The notes beneath the pieces were generated by a model, which was given only the letters and a program-made list of their open reading frames with translations, was not told where the DNA came from and ran no database searches. DNA of 64,000 bases, from assembly GCA_024704765.1 (NCBI GenBank), contig JAKMXF010000362.1:1-64000 (forward strand), given 5' to 3'. The stretch comes from Oopsacas minuta (lineage: Eukaryota > Animalia > Porifera). The position numbers and the translations under genes were made by a program. This document shows, in pieces, positions 11,173 to 23,202 of this stretch. Position 1 is the stretch's first letter. The number at the start of each line of letters is the position of its first letter.

Positions 11173-13353
11173 CTATAGGTGTTTCTTCACGTAGTTAGCT
11201 GGGAATAGACCTCTAACTCCATCCATTAAGCCTTCATACCACTCATCCGGGTTCTTCTTCAGCACGTATATTACCTTACCCTTACTGAAGTTAAGTTCAT
11301 CCTCCTTCAGGGCTTTGTATGGATAAATGGTGATTACTTTCTCAATATAGTTTGCAGGAGCTGAGCTATCTTCTGTTGAGTCTTTCTGTGTAGGTTCGGG
11401 TACAACTTCGGGTTTAGGTTCTGGTTTGTTGGCAGGAGGGGTGCTGGTACTTTCTTTGGATGGACGTTTTCTAGCTAGGATCTGGGAGGGGTCAAATGCT
11501 GGACCTCTTGCCTGCTTTGGAGGCGGGGTTTTCTTGACGACTGGTGTGGTTTTAACCCCAACAGGCTTCTTAGTCCAGCCCTGTGGGATGTCAGGTGGGG
11601 GGTCTGGTATATCACCGCTTGAGTGTGCGGTAGCACCTGTAGAGGCAGGAGGAGGAGAGAGGGGAGCTGAGGGGAGGGGGACAGATTGACTTGCCACTAG
11701 GGAAGGGGGTTTGAGGACGGGTTTCTCCTCTGTAGGTACATCAATAGTAGCTCCTGTTTTAATCTGCCCTCTCTTCTTCAATGATTGTTGCATTTTGAGT
11801 ATATCAGATGGATCAAACCCTTTCTTCTCAGGTTTTGGTCTCTCCTTCTTTACAGAACTAGCGGAGGCATCTGACACGCTCGATTTAACTTTCTTGATCC
11901 CGTCCTTAGGAATATTAGGGGGAGGAGCAGGGATGCGGGAATCAGCTACAACAGGCTTTGGCATATCCGGGGGAGGAGAGGGGATGTTTGGATCATCAAC
12001 GAATGGAGCAGGGGGAGGAAAATCGGTTGATATTTTAGCTCCTGCGGCACTAGGAGATGGTGCAGGTCTTATGGGGCGTACTCCTGCTCCTGCTGGAGAG
12101 GGAGCAGGTCTTGAGGGATGGATAGAGGTAATAGGGGGAGGAGGAGGTCTGGAGGGGGGAGGAGCCATTGAGGCTGGGCTAGCTGGAGGTGGAGCTGATA
12201 TCTCAGGGGGAGCTCCAGCAGGGCCATAACGAGAGGGTGGATTCTCACCACTAACGGGAGGGGGTCTAGAAGGGGCGGGGTTAATAGGACGAGGAGGCTT
12301 GGGAGTATCGACTGAGTCTGGAATAGGAGGAGGGGGTAGATCAGTTGGTGGAGATATCACATCCTCACTGTAGAGATCTGTATCTAAAAGGTCAGTTGTC
12401 AGATCGGGATTCACAATCTCAGATGTTTGATGTTCTGGGGATTGGGCAGATGGCAGGGGAGCAGGAACAATGTCAGGGAGAGGAGAGGGAGTGAATATAC
12501 TGGCCTCTGTGTCCTGTGTGTCCTGGAGTGTATCAGACATACTAATAGTCAGCTGAGGCTTCTCAGATACTGAAGAAGTACCATCTCCACCTGCCGCCAG
12601 AGAGTCGTATAAAGAATCAGTAGTGTGTCCCTGTACAAACATCTCTGTAGTGTTAGTAAAATCTTTATCCATATCAGAAGGGTTATCACTACGAGGTATA
12701 GCTACAGGGATAGCGTGTGCTACAGGTCTCTTGGAGTACCGCAGGACATCGAATGAGGTTCCGTATATATCACTGTCTATGGTGTTCTGAGTTGTTAGGA
12801 TAGGCTTACTGGTAGAAACGAAGGAGGTACGGACGGCAGAGCCTGGAGGCTTTTTGGCGGTATTACTAACAGCTGGGGTGGAGTCACGAGTAGGAGAGCC
12901 GTGACCAATATGATCCCATATAGTGTAGTTGATTGGATGTCTCTCGTACTTACCGGGGATCTCTTTCTGGGAGGGAGGATTGACACGACGCATGAGATGT
13001 ACAGGCTTCTCAGTAGTAAACTTACCTATCAAATGACGGGAATGTTTCTCCTGGAAGAAATTAGCCTGTTGACTTATGTCAGTGATCTGGTGCTCCATCT
13101 CTCCCCACTGCTCGCCCTGTAGCTTGAGCAGGTCTACCAGCAATGTTGCTAGGGTGTTTATCTGGTATGCTACACTAGCTAGGGATTGAGCAGCGTATAC
13201 CATAGTGCGCTGTAGCGGAGGTTTAACAGGGGTTAAGTCCCTGTGACAGTGCTCAGCTAGGTTCCGCAGTTCCATATGGGACTTGGAGAGATTGCTGCGA
13301 CAGTTAGGGATATCCTCAGCTAGATATTTGTCCACCTGAGCGTCTACTGACAT
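11173..13353 (-). CDS. ABI: Abl interactor (ABI family, WAVE complex subunit), 726 aa, intronless
   Basis: N-terminal ABI motif AAQSLASVAYQINTLA...LLKLQ, YERHPINYTIWDHIGHG, long Pro-rich middle and C-terminal SH3 (YPYKALKEDELNF...WYEG...GLFPANYV). First ATG is at 13353 (MSVDAQ). Confidence 0.92.
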   Translation of the reverse strand: MSVDAQVDKYLAEDIPNCRSNLSKSHMELRNLAEHCHRDLTPVKPPLQRTMVYAAQSLASVAYQINTLATLLVDLLKLQGEQWGEMEHQITDISQQANFFQEKHSRHLIGKFTTEKPVHLMRRVNPPSQKEIPGKYERHPINYTIWDHIGHGSPTRDSTPAVSNTAKKPPGSAVRTSFVSTSKPILTTQNTIDSDIYGTSFDVLRYSKRPVAHAIPVAIPRSDNPSDMDKDFTNTTEMFVQGHTTDSLYDSLAAGGDGTSSVSEKPQLTISMSDTLQDTQDTEASIFTPSPLPDIVPAPLPSAQSPEHQTSEIVNPDLTTDLLDTDLYSEDVISPPTDLPPPPIPDSVDTPKPPRPINPAPSRPPPVSGENPPSRYGPAGAPPEISAPPPASPASMAPPPSRPPPPPITSIHPSRPAPSPAGAGVRPIRPAPSPSAAGAKISTDFPPPAPFVDDPNIPSPPPDMPKPVVADSRIPAPPPNIPKDGIKKVKSSVSDASASSVKKERPKPEKKGFDPSDILKMQQSLKKRGQIKTGATIDVPTEEKPVLKPPSLVASQSVPLPSAPLSPPPASTGATAHSSGDIPDPPPDIPQGWTKKPVGVKTTPVVKKTPPPKQARGPAFDPSQILARKRPSKESTSTPPANKPEPKPEVVPEPTQKDSTEDSSAPANYIEKVITIYPYKALKEDELNFSKGKVIYVLKKNPDEWYEGLMDGVRGLFPANYVKKHL

Positions 13354-14191
13354 TCTAGATAGACTCAAGATTAGCAAAGTAAGAATTTAGAATCAGAAAA
13401 AGTTTGTAAGGTATCAATAAGAATAATAATAAGTTTTGTGAATACAGATTATATAATTCACTACTCGGGATATAAGAAAATGTTGATTTGTAAATCGAAT
13501 ATTTGGCAACATAATTATGTCAATATGTGCGTAAAATAACCACTTCATCAATAAAGGAAGAACATTTAGTTTTCACAAACTAAGTATTCTTCCTGTTGTT
13601 CTGATAACTGAGGACTGTAATTATTTATCACCTAATTACTGTATGTAACTTTTTGGTTAATAAACAAACTTTGGGAGTAAGCAGGGAGGGACAATATTAT
13701 TATCTACAGTACTAATCTCATATATAGCAGGCATATGGATACAGATGCTAGAGCAGCTAGAATGTATTGTTAGTCATATCCAGGTCATGACGATAGTAGC
13801 AGTAAGAAAGATCAAGTTTCAACCTGGCTACCTTTGTATAATTCATACAATAGCTTATATGTGCTAGCTAACTTTGGTTAGTCTTAAAGATAACTTACCA
13901 GAGTTTACATGAGCGCGAATTTTACAATTTAGGAATTGAGAGTGATTAAATAATAAAATTACCAAATGTTGTGAACTTCATAATTAATACAACCTACAGT
14001 TAAGAGGCCGTGGTTGTCTCAGGTTGCCTGATTGGGTCACAGGCTGGTGTAGAGGCCAAGAGGGTGAAATTGAATATTTGGTGCTACACCATAAGTGATA
14101 TTTATTTAATGAGTGTTCCTGGGAGCAATATTGTGGAACAAAAAGTTCGTACCAATTAGCTAAGAATTTAAGGAAAAACAGATAACTACAG

Positions 14192-15013
14192 CTAGGAATC
14201 AGCTGATTGGAAGTGATCCTCATCTGAGGAGTTAAATACTAATCCTTCTGAGCAGAGAAACTCCAGAGCCTTTCTAATATCTTCAGCAGAGTATTTAGCT
14301 CCTAGCCTTCCCACAACTTCATCTATATGTAACCCGAATTGTTTGTGACAATTCCGTAATACTTCACAAGTATCTCTGTGTATTGGAGATAGTACTGAAT
14401 TAACCTGTGCAGCTACTATACCAGGTGTAGTGCTTGTACTAGTAGATGGAGTAGAATCCATCTGCATACTCTCAGATCTGTAGTGAGCATGTGTCATCTC
14501 TAGATATGCGTGGGATACCTCCAACAAATGTCGTGTTATTTCGTTCATAGATTTGAGTGGGTATATGGTGAAACAGCCTATATTAGTCTTATCACCAAAC
14601 GATCTGAGGTTCCCAATTACACAGCAGTAGGTTCCTTCACGTATGTCAGCACGTACATTCTGTTCCTTTACTCCGTCATCTACATTAGTCCATCTCTTAA
14701 CCTCTACAAGAGCTCCACTGGAGTCGTTAAGTGTGTATCCGCAGTATGTATTAGTCTCTTGTACAGTTCGTACTTGTCCTACTAGCCTCACCTGGTTAAC
14801 AATCTCTCCATTCAGAATGAAGTCATCTCCCTCGCTTTTCTTGTTATCAGCAGCTCGTTTAATCATCAGAGCTGTCACAGGTACCAGTCTACCTCCTGTA
14901 TGCTCACGTCTAGTTGGTCCCTTACTAGAGCTAGAGGCACCGAAACTCATGTCCATTGGACTCGTATCCTGCATATAACCACCACCACTGCTGAAAATAC
15001 CTCCTGTAGCCAT
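14192..15013 (-). CDS. RPA2: Replication protein A 32-kDa subunit, 273 aa, intronless
   Basis: Ser/Gly-rich N-terminus, LVPVT motif, OB fold (VRLVGQVR...YTLNDSSG...NEITRHLLEV) and C-terminal winged helix (EGLVFNSSDEDHF). Confidence 0.93.
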   Translation of the reverse strand: MATGGIFSSGGGYMQDTSPMDMSFGASSSSKGPTRREHTGGRLVPVTALMIKRAADNKKSEGDDFILNGEIVNQVRLVGQVRTVQETNTYCGYTLNDSSGALVEVKRWTNVDDGVKEQNVRADIREGTYCCVIGNLRSFGDKTNIGCFTIYPLKSMNEITRHLLEVSHAYLEMTHAHYRSESMQMDSTPSTSTSTTPGIVAAQVNSVLSPIHRDTCEVLRNCHKQFGLHIDEVVGRLGAKYSAEDIRKALEFLCSEGLVFNSSDEDHFQSADS

Positions 15014-16191
15014 GATTCAGTCTACTAGAAATACTCACAATATGGTAAAGAAAGTACTACTGTAAAAAGTATTGAAATACATTGCAAGCCTGATAAGTAG
15101 CATCTTCTGAAAATAACTGGTTCAGGGGTAAGTATACCCTAGAAACCTGTGATATGTTCCAGTAGTTCAATCTATTTGAAATTTTCACAGTGAATATGGA
15201 ACGCTGAGTCGATTCCAAAAATGCAATAATATTTGAAAAAATTCAATTATTAATAGCCAATTTTACAGAGAAAATCTTGGAATTTTGTAAGGCTATAATC
15301 CTCAAATAGTTATGGAAATTTGTTCCTAATCATTCGAAAGTTCGAGCAAGAATTTCATTTTAGAGCCTGGATCAATATTGTTGTCAACTGTGTTTGGGAT
15401 ATCATCACGACTTCGAACTAAGAAAATATATAAGTAAATATTTATTGATTTAATTGAAATACGATCTCGAAAATTATGCAAATAGTAGGGATCAACCGGG
15501 GCCCCGGCCGCGGCCAAAATTGTGCTCCAGGTCGATCCCTATGCAATAGACCCTTAGATCTATCCAAAACCGTTGAGTTTTTGAATCTAGCTTGTAAACA
15601 TGCCTAGTTTTGCATTTTGAGACAGGGGAAAATAGCTGCTGAAGAGTTCCTAGGAAATCAAGGGAAAGAACCACCAGTTGTCCCACTGAAAAAATGGCCA
15701 TTTATTCCAAAATAGTGTAGTGCACAAATTACAACACCTATATGTATAAATAGTCCGTATATTAATAGTACAATATAATATGGTTGATACTCATCCATAC
15801 AGTGACAATTTATGAGGTAATCTCATGGGTACCTAGAGCTCTGAAACTTTTACCACAATTTCATAAGATCGAGAACTACGGGGAAAAAATGAAATTCCGC
15901 GGTATACTTACGCGTTCATTAGAGACTATAATATATTCTGGGCTTACGTAAATGTAATTTGTTATCTCAATGAATTGTATATAACCAAGAGCATCCATCT
16001 GTAATTAGCATCTGAGGAAATATATGACATGAATCCTAGGAACTCTTAAATCAGTTAATTAAGAATTCTTACAAAAGAGTTATTACTGTACCAGGCCCAA
16101 AATACCCCTGTATGCCAAATCAGCACTGTGGATCTTCCAATTTCTTCAATAAATTCTGGACATACGAACACATATATACAGATTAATTGCG

Positions 16192-16599
16192 TTTCCACAC
16201 CCTCGCTAATCCGAACACCACTCTTCCGATCCCAAAATAATACTTTCGGATTAGCGAAATGCATTGAAACAATACTATAGAATCTGGGAGCCCATTCTTT
16301 CGAAAGTTGTACAAACGATGGATGATGGATGATGGATGTGAAGTTAGTAGCACGTTCAGCAGCGAAAAGCGAGCACCACTTTGAGTCTCATAACTTAATA
16401 CCCCCTGCACAGATTATCCTGAAAATTCATTTACAACTATATCTCGAGTGTAGCTTTCCGTAATGTTAATTATTGACACATAGCACTAGGTGACAGTGAC
16501 TTTGCAAAATGACAAATCGGTCATGTTTTTGAGTTTTAGACAATTTTCCAAATATTGTAAAGCACTGGGCGCTGTTCGGATTAGCGAGGGTCTACTGTA
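16192..16599. mobile_element. pogo/Tigger-like MITE remnant
   Basis: 19-bp perfect inverted repeat at 16199-16217 and 16573-16591; the right end reads TACAGTAGACCCTCG on the minus strand. Related fragments occur at ~9465-9500 and ~20500-20735. Confidence 0.55.
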
Positions 16600-16792
16600 A
16601 TACAGATTACCTCGAATAACAGCTGTGATATTATTGTGAGACATAAAATACCTTTTCAATTTGATTGCCCCTTAAGTTCAAGTTTTAGTTTTTCCTTTAG
16701 CGACACAAACTATCCAGTACACACAATAATAGAGAATTAACAGAGATTGAATAATTACAGATATCTCTCAGCTCATTCAATTCTGATTAGAT

Positions 16793-19700
16793 TCAAACAG
16801 TTCTATCTCCTGTCAGGTTGTGTCTCTCCAGATAAGCTCTAGTATCTATAGACATAGCACTTATACTATTCAGCCCCGTAGCACTCTCATTGGTACGAAT
16901 ACGATCCACTCCCCCCTGTATGAAGGACAGTTGCTGTACAGAGGGATCCAAGAGGATGGAGCGTCCCTCCAGATACTTAAGAGTGAGTTGATCACTGGGA
17001 TCCCTCACTGACAGGTAGGAGTCTTCTCGTGGTAGAGCCTGGTACTGTATTCGTGGGATGTATATGGAACTGAGGGAGGGGGTGTCCAAGATAGGAGCTT
17101 CTGGTAGCACTGTTGGTGGTTCAACTGGCACAGCTAGTGGCTGGAGTGGCTCTGAGAAGAAAGAGACTGTGTCTAGAGCAGGGGTTTGCTGTCTGACTGT
17201 TAGCTCACGATGAGTTTCATTTTTCCGAATAAATTCAGTAGAGAATATCCTGACAGGTTCGTCTCTCTCCGAATACAGACTAGATATCAAACTAGCTCCG
17301 GGTGTCCTACTCCTCCTACCTGAGTGATCGGTTGCCAGTGCTGTATGCTCTGATAAGTTAGAGTGCTGAGAAGTGAATAAACTAGTCTGCTCGGGTTCAG
17401 GAGGAGATAGAGCCAGCAATTCAGGAGCTAGCTCTCTGAGAGCAGAGCTACGAGTAGAATCATTAGATATCATACTAGGTACATCGTTAGGATGGATGGA
17501 AGGGAGAGTGTGGTTAAGTGACGTCACGGTAGAGCAGTGAGAGGGTAGAGGGGGTGATAGAGTATTCTGATGCTGTAGCAGCATCTCTACTTGAGCCTGT
17601 AGAGCCTCTATCTGTAGTTGCTGGTCCCTGAGGAGTACAGCTGTCTCCTCAGCTGAGAGAGGCGGAGCAACGTCACAGGACGGAGCGGGGGTGCGGAGGG
17701 GACTAAGCTCTAAGTCACGTATCGGAGTCTGTTGAGGTAGTAGCATTGAGGAAGTGACTTGTTGACAGAATGATGTGTGATCTGTGTCACTACAGTTTGA
17801 TGACTCTATAGTAGCCTTGCTAGCTACAGACTCTATGATGGAGAGGTTTAGGAGATTGTCTTCTCTGTTGAATGCTAGAGTAGCAGGAGGATAGGGGATA
17901 GGTTGCTGAAAGAAAGACAGCTGATTAGAAGAGGATAGAGAGAGTAGTGACTGTTTGAGAGAAGAGGCAGAGAGAGGACATGAAGTAGAGACTAGGTCAC
18001 ATGTCGTGATCTCCTCCTGACTGAGTGATAGAGTTACTTCAGTAGAGAGGAATGAGTATAGCAGCTGATTATCTTGACTAGAACACTGGAAGAAGAGGGG
18101 GCCTGCTCCTCCGGTGTATAACATCAATAAGAATCCTTTAGCAGGTACAGCTGCTTTGTCATGTAGTAACTCAGTGAATACATATTGCATACAGGCAGCC
18201 CATACAGCTGGGTGATGGACAGATGATGGACCTCCTACCCAAACACCTACGATAGGGAAGTTAGGTGCCTTAGGATCTGAATCCAGCAATAGGAGCAAGC
18301 GACGTGATTCATCCATGGTTAGGTATCCTCCTCTAGTACGTTGTTGCACCAAATAGATTGGACTGGGACCTGGTAATGCAACAATATTGGATAAAGACAT
18401 TGTATAGATACATGATTCTAATTGACATGTTTGATCAGCCAAGATATTCTACTTACTTTAAATTAAATTTTATCCTTATGGGTTATGCAGGATCACATAC
18501 AGTAAGAGTCTAAATACTCACAGGAGGACTGCTCAAGTTAGACCAGTCAAATTTCGAATAATATTTCTAACATAACATTATCATACGGTACATACCTACT
18601 AGATTTCTAACAAGAGCAGTAGGCAGTACAGGTATAGGAGGAATAGCATAGAGGTGTAAAGAGCTACCAGAGAGTAGAGTACTAGCTCTTAATCTTATAT
18701 CTCCTGTGTGAGGGAGAGAGAATAGAGATAGGGATAGAGTTAGGAACAGGTCTAGTGATACTTGTTGGTTCTGTGATATTAGAGCAGATAATGTTTCTAT
18801 AGCTTCATCTAGCTCTCTATCAGAATAAGGCAGTCTACCTCTCCATTCTTGTTCCTCTGTACAGATACTACATACAGTAGATACACATTATAGAAATATC
18901 ATTACTATAGTCCATAGAGACAATTATTCATTTATCGCAGATGATTAACAAGGGTGGTAACGGTTAATATATATAATCTACACTCGACAGCAGTTAACCT
19001 GCAAACACAGATGGAATCATTATCCTTTAAAACAAGAGAATATCATCGAATTGGCAAGTAAACTATTCTATCCATCCAATACTATGATAATTCTATTAAG
19101 ATGTGATTACACATGCCTGTTTAAATGAAATTTAAGGTTAAATATATGTTTCTCAACGATGTGGAACCTGTTCGGTTACGTAACCGGCCGACCGGCTAAG
19201 CATCTGGACATCCCGTTACATAACAGGATGGAGGTTGGACATCCAAACGTAACATATACATTTTCAACATTGAATGTACATTTTACCCAATGTTTCAACT
19301 CTCAAGACCTTTGAAATGCATAATATACTAACACTATAATAACTAGTCGGTTAACAGATCCCAAGACTCATATACAGCACTACTGAGACACCCAAGGCAA
19401 GGCAATAACATGTGATATGCTAATTCTATGCTAGCAACATTGTTTACAAATATATAATTCAGAAATAATAAAACATAGCAAGCTATGAATAAAATATTGC
19501 TAAGAGAATGAGTGATAATAGTATATACCTTGTTCTTACAGGGATATCTCCATCCAGAACAGCAGTAGGACCTATATCCATTGAGTGAGTAGTTACTCCT
19601 GGATCAAACCTATCCACAGAGATAAATAGATCTTCTGCAGGGTTGCACTCGGCACTCCCTAACAGGAAACAACTATAGAGAATACATAATAAACTATTTG

Positions 19701-20404
19701 TATTGAATGGTCATTACTTAGAATAGAATATTCAGATTGAATAGAAATTAGCAGGACCGTAGGAATCTCGTGAATTGGGGCGATCATTAAATCCAGGTTA
19801 ACAAAGGACTAATTTGTTTCTACAATTTAGAATAGTCAAGACCAAGGCGTATAGCTGCTTCACTCCCTACTGTCATAATGATATACTTATATAATATCTC
19901 TCTTTCACTCAGATCCGAAGGATAAACACAATTTATACTTCACTAGTCCCGTCTCAAAAAAAGTAAATGTTCAAATATCTTATGACTATATGCAAAACGC
20001 TTGACAATGCACTACCCACTTTCAAATAGGTTAGGGAGCGGAGAGACCAATATAGCTATAACAGGGACGTAACAAGCCAATTTCAATTGGTAATGTTGAC
20101 TAAATCTATTAGCAGAAAAGCAGTACAAATGTTGGTCTGGTTGAAACTTAACCTGACCAACTGGACCCTCTTCAACAAAATGCATAGTACACACAAATTT
20201 AACTAACTAAAAGTATTCATATACTCACCAACTAGCTCTACTATCCTGACAGTGTTGTACTGCTAATCTCAGTGTAGAGGCCCTGAACTGTAGTTTAAGT
20301 CTGTCATTCCTGAGAGGAAATATGTCAGCTGGTTCACCAGCGTTAGAAGTGTCCCACAGGTGATCCCGTGTTTTAGGGAATGATATCTTCAGTGGAGTAA
20401 CCAT
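16793..20404 (-). CDS. STIL: STIL (SCL/TAL1-interrupting locus, SAS-5/Ana2 family), 4 exons, 722 aa
   Basis: Exons 20229-20404, 19529-19672, 18596-18867 and 16793-18369 all have GT-AG boundaries and matching phases, totalling 2169 nt. Motifs: FPKTRDHLWD, CFLLGS...VDRFDPG, PIPVLPTALVRNL, GYLTMDESRRLLLLLDSDPK, coiled coil RDQQLQIEALQAQVEMLL, STAN-like IPRIQY...LTLKYL and TIM-like MSIDTRAYLERHNL. Confidence 0.9.
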
Positions 20405-21393
20405 TAATCAATTCAGTACACACATTACACTACAGATACTACCTACACGTAGACTGTAAATTATTCATATAATTAATTTATAACAATCATAAATGAAGTA
20501 CAGTACACCCTCGTTAAACCGGAAGCACTGTCCTTATATGCAAAATAATTCGTGAAATACATTGAAACAATACTGTAGGATCTAAGAGTGTATTTTATCG
20601 AAAGTTGTACAAATGATGAAAGCCTACCAATATGTTGAAGGCTCCAATCCGTAGCAATCCTCGCTTCACCCTCAAAATCTCCAACGCTGTTAAGTAACAC
20701 TATTACAGTAGACCTACGATAATCCGAACAGGGCCTAAGGTTACAACCTTTGGAAAATGTTAAAATGAGCTTCACTACAGATTCTATGGTATTTGAAAAA
20801 GTATTACTATATCATACAAGAATATCTCGCGATCTTTGAACACAGAACAGATTGAGAGCCCTGATTGGTGAGGATTAGTGTATCAGAAGGTGAGTTAAAG
20901 TTGTTTAATAGTATGTAACTAGGTGGCCAATTATAATTATATCTGCGCTCCTGGAAATTGTAATCTAGTTTCTGCTCTAAAATACCACTTATTAATTAGG
21001 CGAACTCCACTATATTGGATAAGTTAGAAATGACAACGCTGAATCTGAATGCTACAACTAGATAGGAGCCTTTGTAGGCGTGTCTAGGCCTCCAAGGCTT
21101 ATATAGGCGTATGAAGCGCGCCTACAGGAGCATACATTAGCCTAGATATATCTAAGTGCACGATACTTTGCCAAGACTCCTACATGGTAATACAAATGTA
21201 TAATCTAGGTGTATTGAAATTTTATAATACATTTTTATGGCCGTTAGAACCTGGATGAAGTAAAATAATAATAAATTATACTAAAAACAAACAGTATATC
21301 CACAGTATTCAAATAACTATGCTATTATTATCTGTAGAGCATTAATCAACTTCAGGTAACCAAGATTCTGTATACTACAGCCGGTCTATCCCA

Positions 21394-22683
21394 TTACCAA
21401 TTACCAAGATCAAACCGGGTAGATGGTGTAACACTGCTATCTAACTGTAACCTATCCCCAGGTTCCATTACATTCCTTATTATATTCTCCCAATCAACAG
21501 TAGCTAGTCCGATTATACAGTTGTATACAAAATAAGCTTTCTCATACGTGTATGTTTGTGACAGGCTAGGAGAATCCATTACATGTGCGTTACCATCTAC
21601 CATAGAGTATATTAGTTGTATAAACAGATCATTCATTTGAATGGAAACACTGTATGCACGGGGACTACCCAGGAGTTTACAGCTCTTGGGTAGTAGGACA
21701 TCTAGGAATAGGGCTCCGCCCATTATGATGTGTCCTGCTCTGATAGGAGGTGACACTACCCGGAGGAAGGGAGGGACAAAGGGGTAGTTTTGTGAGAAGG
21801 TTATCTCTAGAGTAACACATTTGTCTGTTGGACAATACTTTAAGAGTTCAGTGTTCAAATGGCAGGGCTCTGGGAACTCCCAGATCTTAAGCTCCCATTT
21901 ATAAATGCTATCTCCGAGTAATCGTAAATGTAAGCTATCTCCAGGACCATTGTACATACCAGACTCCTTTATATAGCTGAGCTCTGTGCAGATACGGAGA
22001 TCAGACAGACAGCTGTTACATGATGACGACATAGCTCTAGCAGCCTCAGTATTCATACCGAATGATTCTAACATTGATACACTGATTAATGGTTTGGATT
22101 GTACCTGTGGTTCTAATGACATAACAGAATCTAGTATGGCTTCGTCCTCACCAGTGACAGTACAATCACTATCATAGCCGTCACTGCCCTCTGTGTCGGA
22201 ACAGCTAGGGTTATCGATTGACTCAATGTTACAAGGTAGTCGTTCTATTACCTCAAAACTATCGCCTATACTGTTACTGTCTGACAGTTCTTCAAAACTT
22301 TCAAAGATTGAACAAGGTAGGATAGGGGAGGAGGGGACCAGCTCTGTCTCCTGTCTGTCAAGATATCTCTTGAGCTCAGAGATATGAAGTTGGAACCCCA
22401 GCTGGTTGGAGTAATATGTCAGAATTTCGTATATCCCAGCTGATAGAGGTAACATAGAATGTTTGTACTGACCATCAGTTATGTTAAGTTGCTTCGGTAA
22501 GAATGGTTTATGCCATATCAGATCTGAATAAGGATATTCCTTAGGTATTTCTACTGAGAAGATACTAGATCGAGAGGTCTTCACTTCAATCCTGAAATAA
22601 TCTTCAGTGCCTATCACTATTAATCGGGGATGATTTTGAAGGAGTTCTGATAAGAACTTTAATTCATTTTGCAGGGAATTCAT
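21394..22683 (-). CDS. UBE2Q-family ubiquitin-conjugating-enzyme-like protein, 429 aa, catalytic Cys replaced by Phe
   Basis: RWD-like N-terminus, acidic linker, and UBC domain with DSIYKW, NYPFVPPFLRVVSP and GHIIMGGALFLDVL (UBE2Q consensus GYVLGGGAICMELL). Confidence 0.8.
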   Translation of the reverse strand: MNSLQNELKFLSELLQNHPRLIVIGTEDYFRIEVKTSRSSIFSVEIPKEYPYSDLIWHKPFLPKQLNITDGQYKHSMLPLSAGIYEILTYYSNQLGFQLHISELKRYLDRQETELVPSSPILPCSIFESFEELSDSNSIGDSFEVIERLPCNIESIDNPSCSDTEGSDGYDSDCTVTGEDEAILDSVMSLEPQVQSKPLISVSMLESFGMNTEAARAMSSSCNSCLSDLRICTELSYIKESGMYNGPGDSLHLRLLGDSIYKWELKIWEFPEPCHLNTELLKYCPTDKCVTLEITFSQNYPFVPPFLRVVSPPIRAGHIIMGGALFLDVLLPKSCKLLGSPRAYSVSIQMNDLFIQLIYSMVDGNAHVMDSPSLSQTYTYEKAYFVYNCIIGLATVDWENIIRNVMEPGDRLQLDSSVTPSTRFDLGNW

Positions 22684-23202
22684 TTTGATTATGCAGTTAA
22701 GAATTGGTCCTAATTTATATTATATAGTGTGAGTAATATAGGCGTGATTGCTCTGAATCAACTCAATAAACTTTAATTAAAAGGCCACCTCGTAGTAACT
22801 TATACAAGCAATATTATGTAATATTCTAATATTAAATTACAAAAATATTACATAATATTACTTGTATAAGTTACTATAAACAGACATTATTAACTAATAG
22901 TATACATGGCACTATATCACGTAGCTAACTATATCACGTAGCTAACTATGTCACGTAGCTAACTATATCATGTAGCTAACTATATCACGTAGCTAACTAT
23001 ATCACGTAGCTAACTATGTCACGTAGCTAACTATATCATGTAGCTAACTATATCACGTAGCTAACTATGTCATGTAGCTAACTATGTCACGTAGCTAACT
23101 ATGTCACGTAGCTAACTATGTCATGTAGTTAACTATACACGTAGCTAACTATGTCACGTAGTTAACTATGTCACGTAGCTAACTATGTCACGTAGCTAAC
23201 TA

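Noticed and set aside
11426-13122. Several ORFs overlapping ABI (87, 172, 60, 63 and 73 aa)
   Set aside because: Antisense or alternate-frame shadows of a Pro-rich coding sequence (Gly-rich mirror of Pro codons).
15480-15720. GC-rich hairpin (GGGATCAACC...GGTCGATCCC) and a CACTA-like end at ~15711-15720
   Set aside because: No partner terminus or TSD could be found, so it cannot be assigned as an RNA gene or TE.
18370-18442. ORF-track N-terminus MADQTCQ... of STIL
   Set aside because: This is intron sequence. The acceptor at 18370-18371 joins the upstream exon in phase and restores STIL homology.
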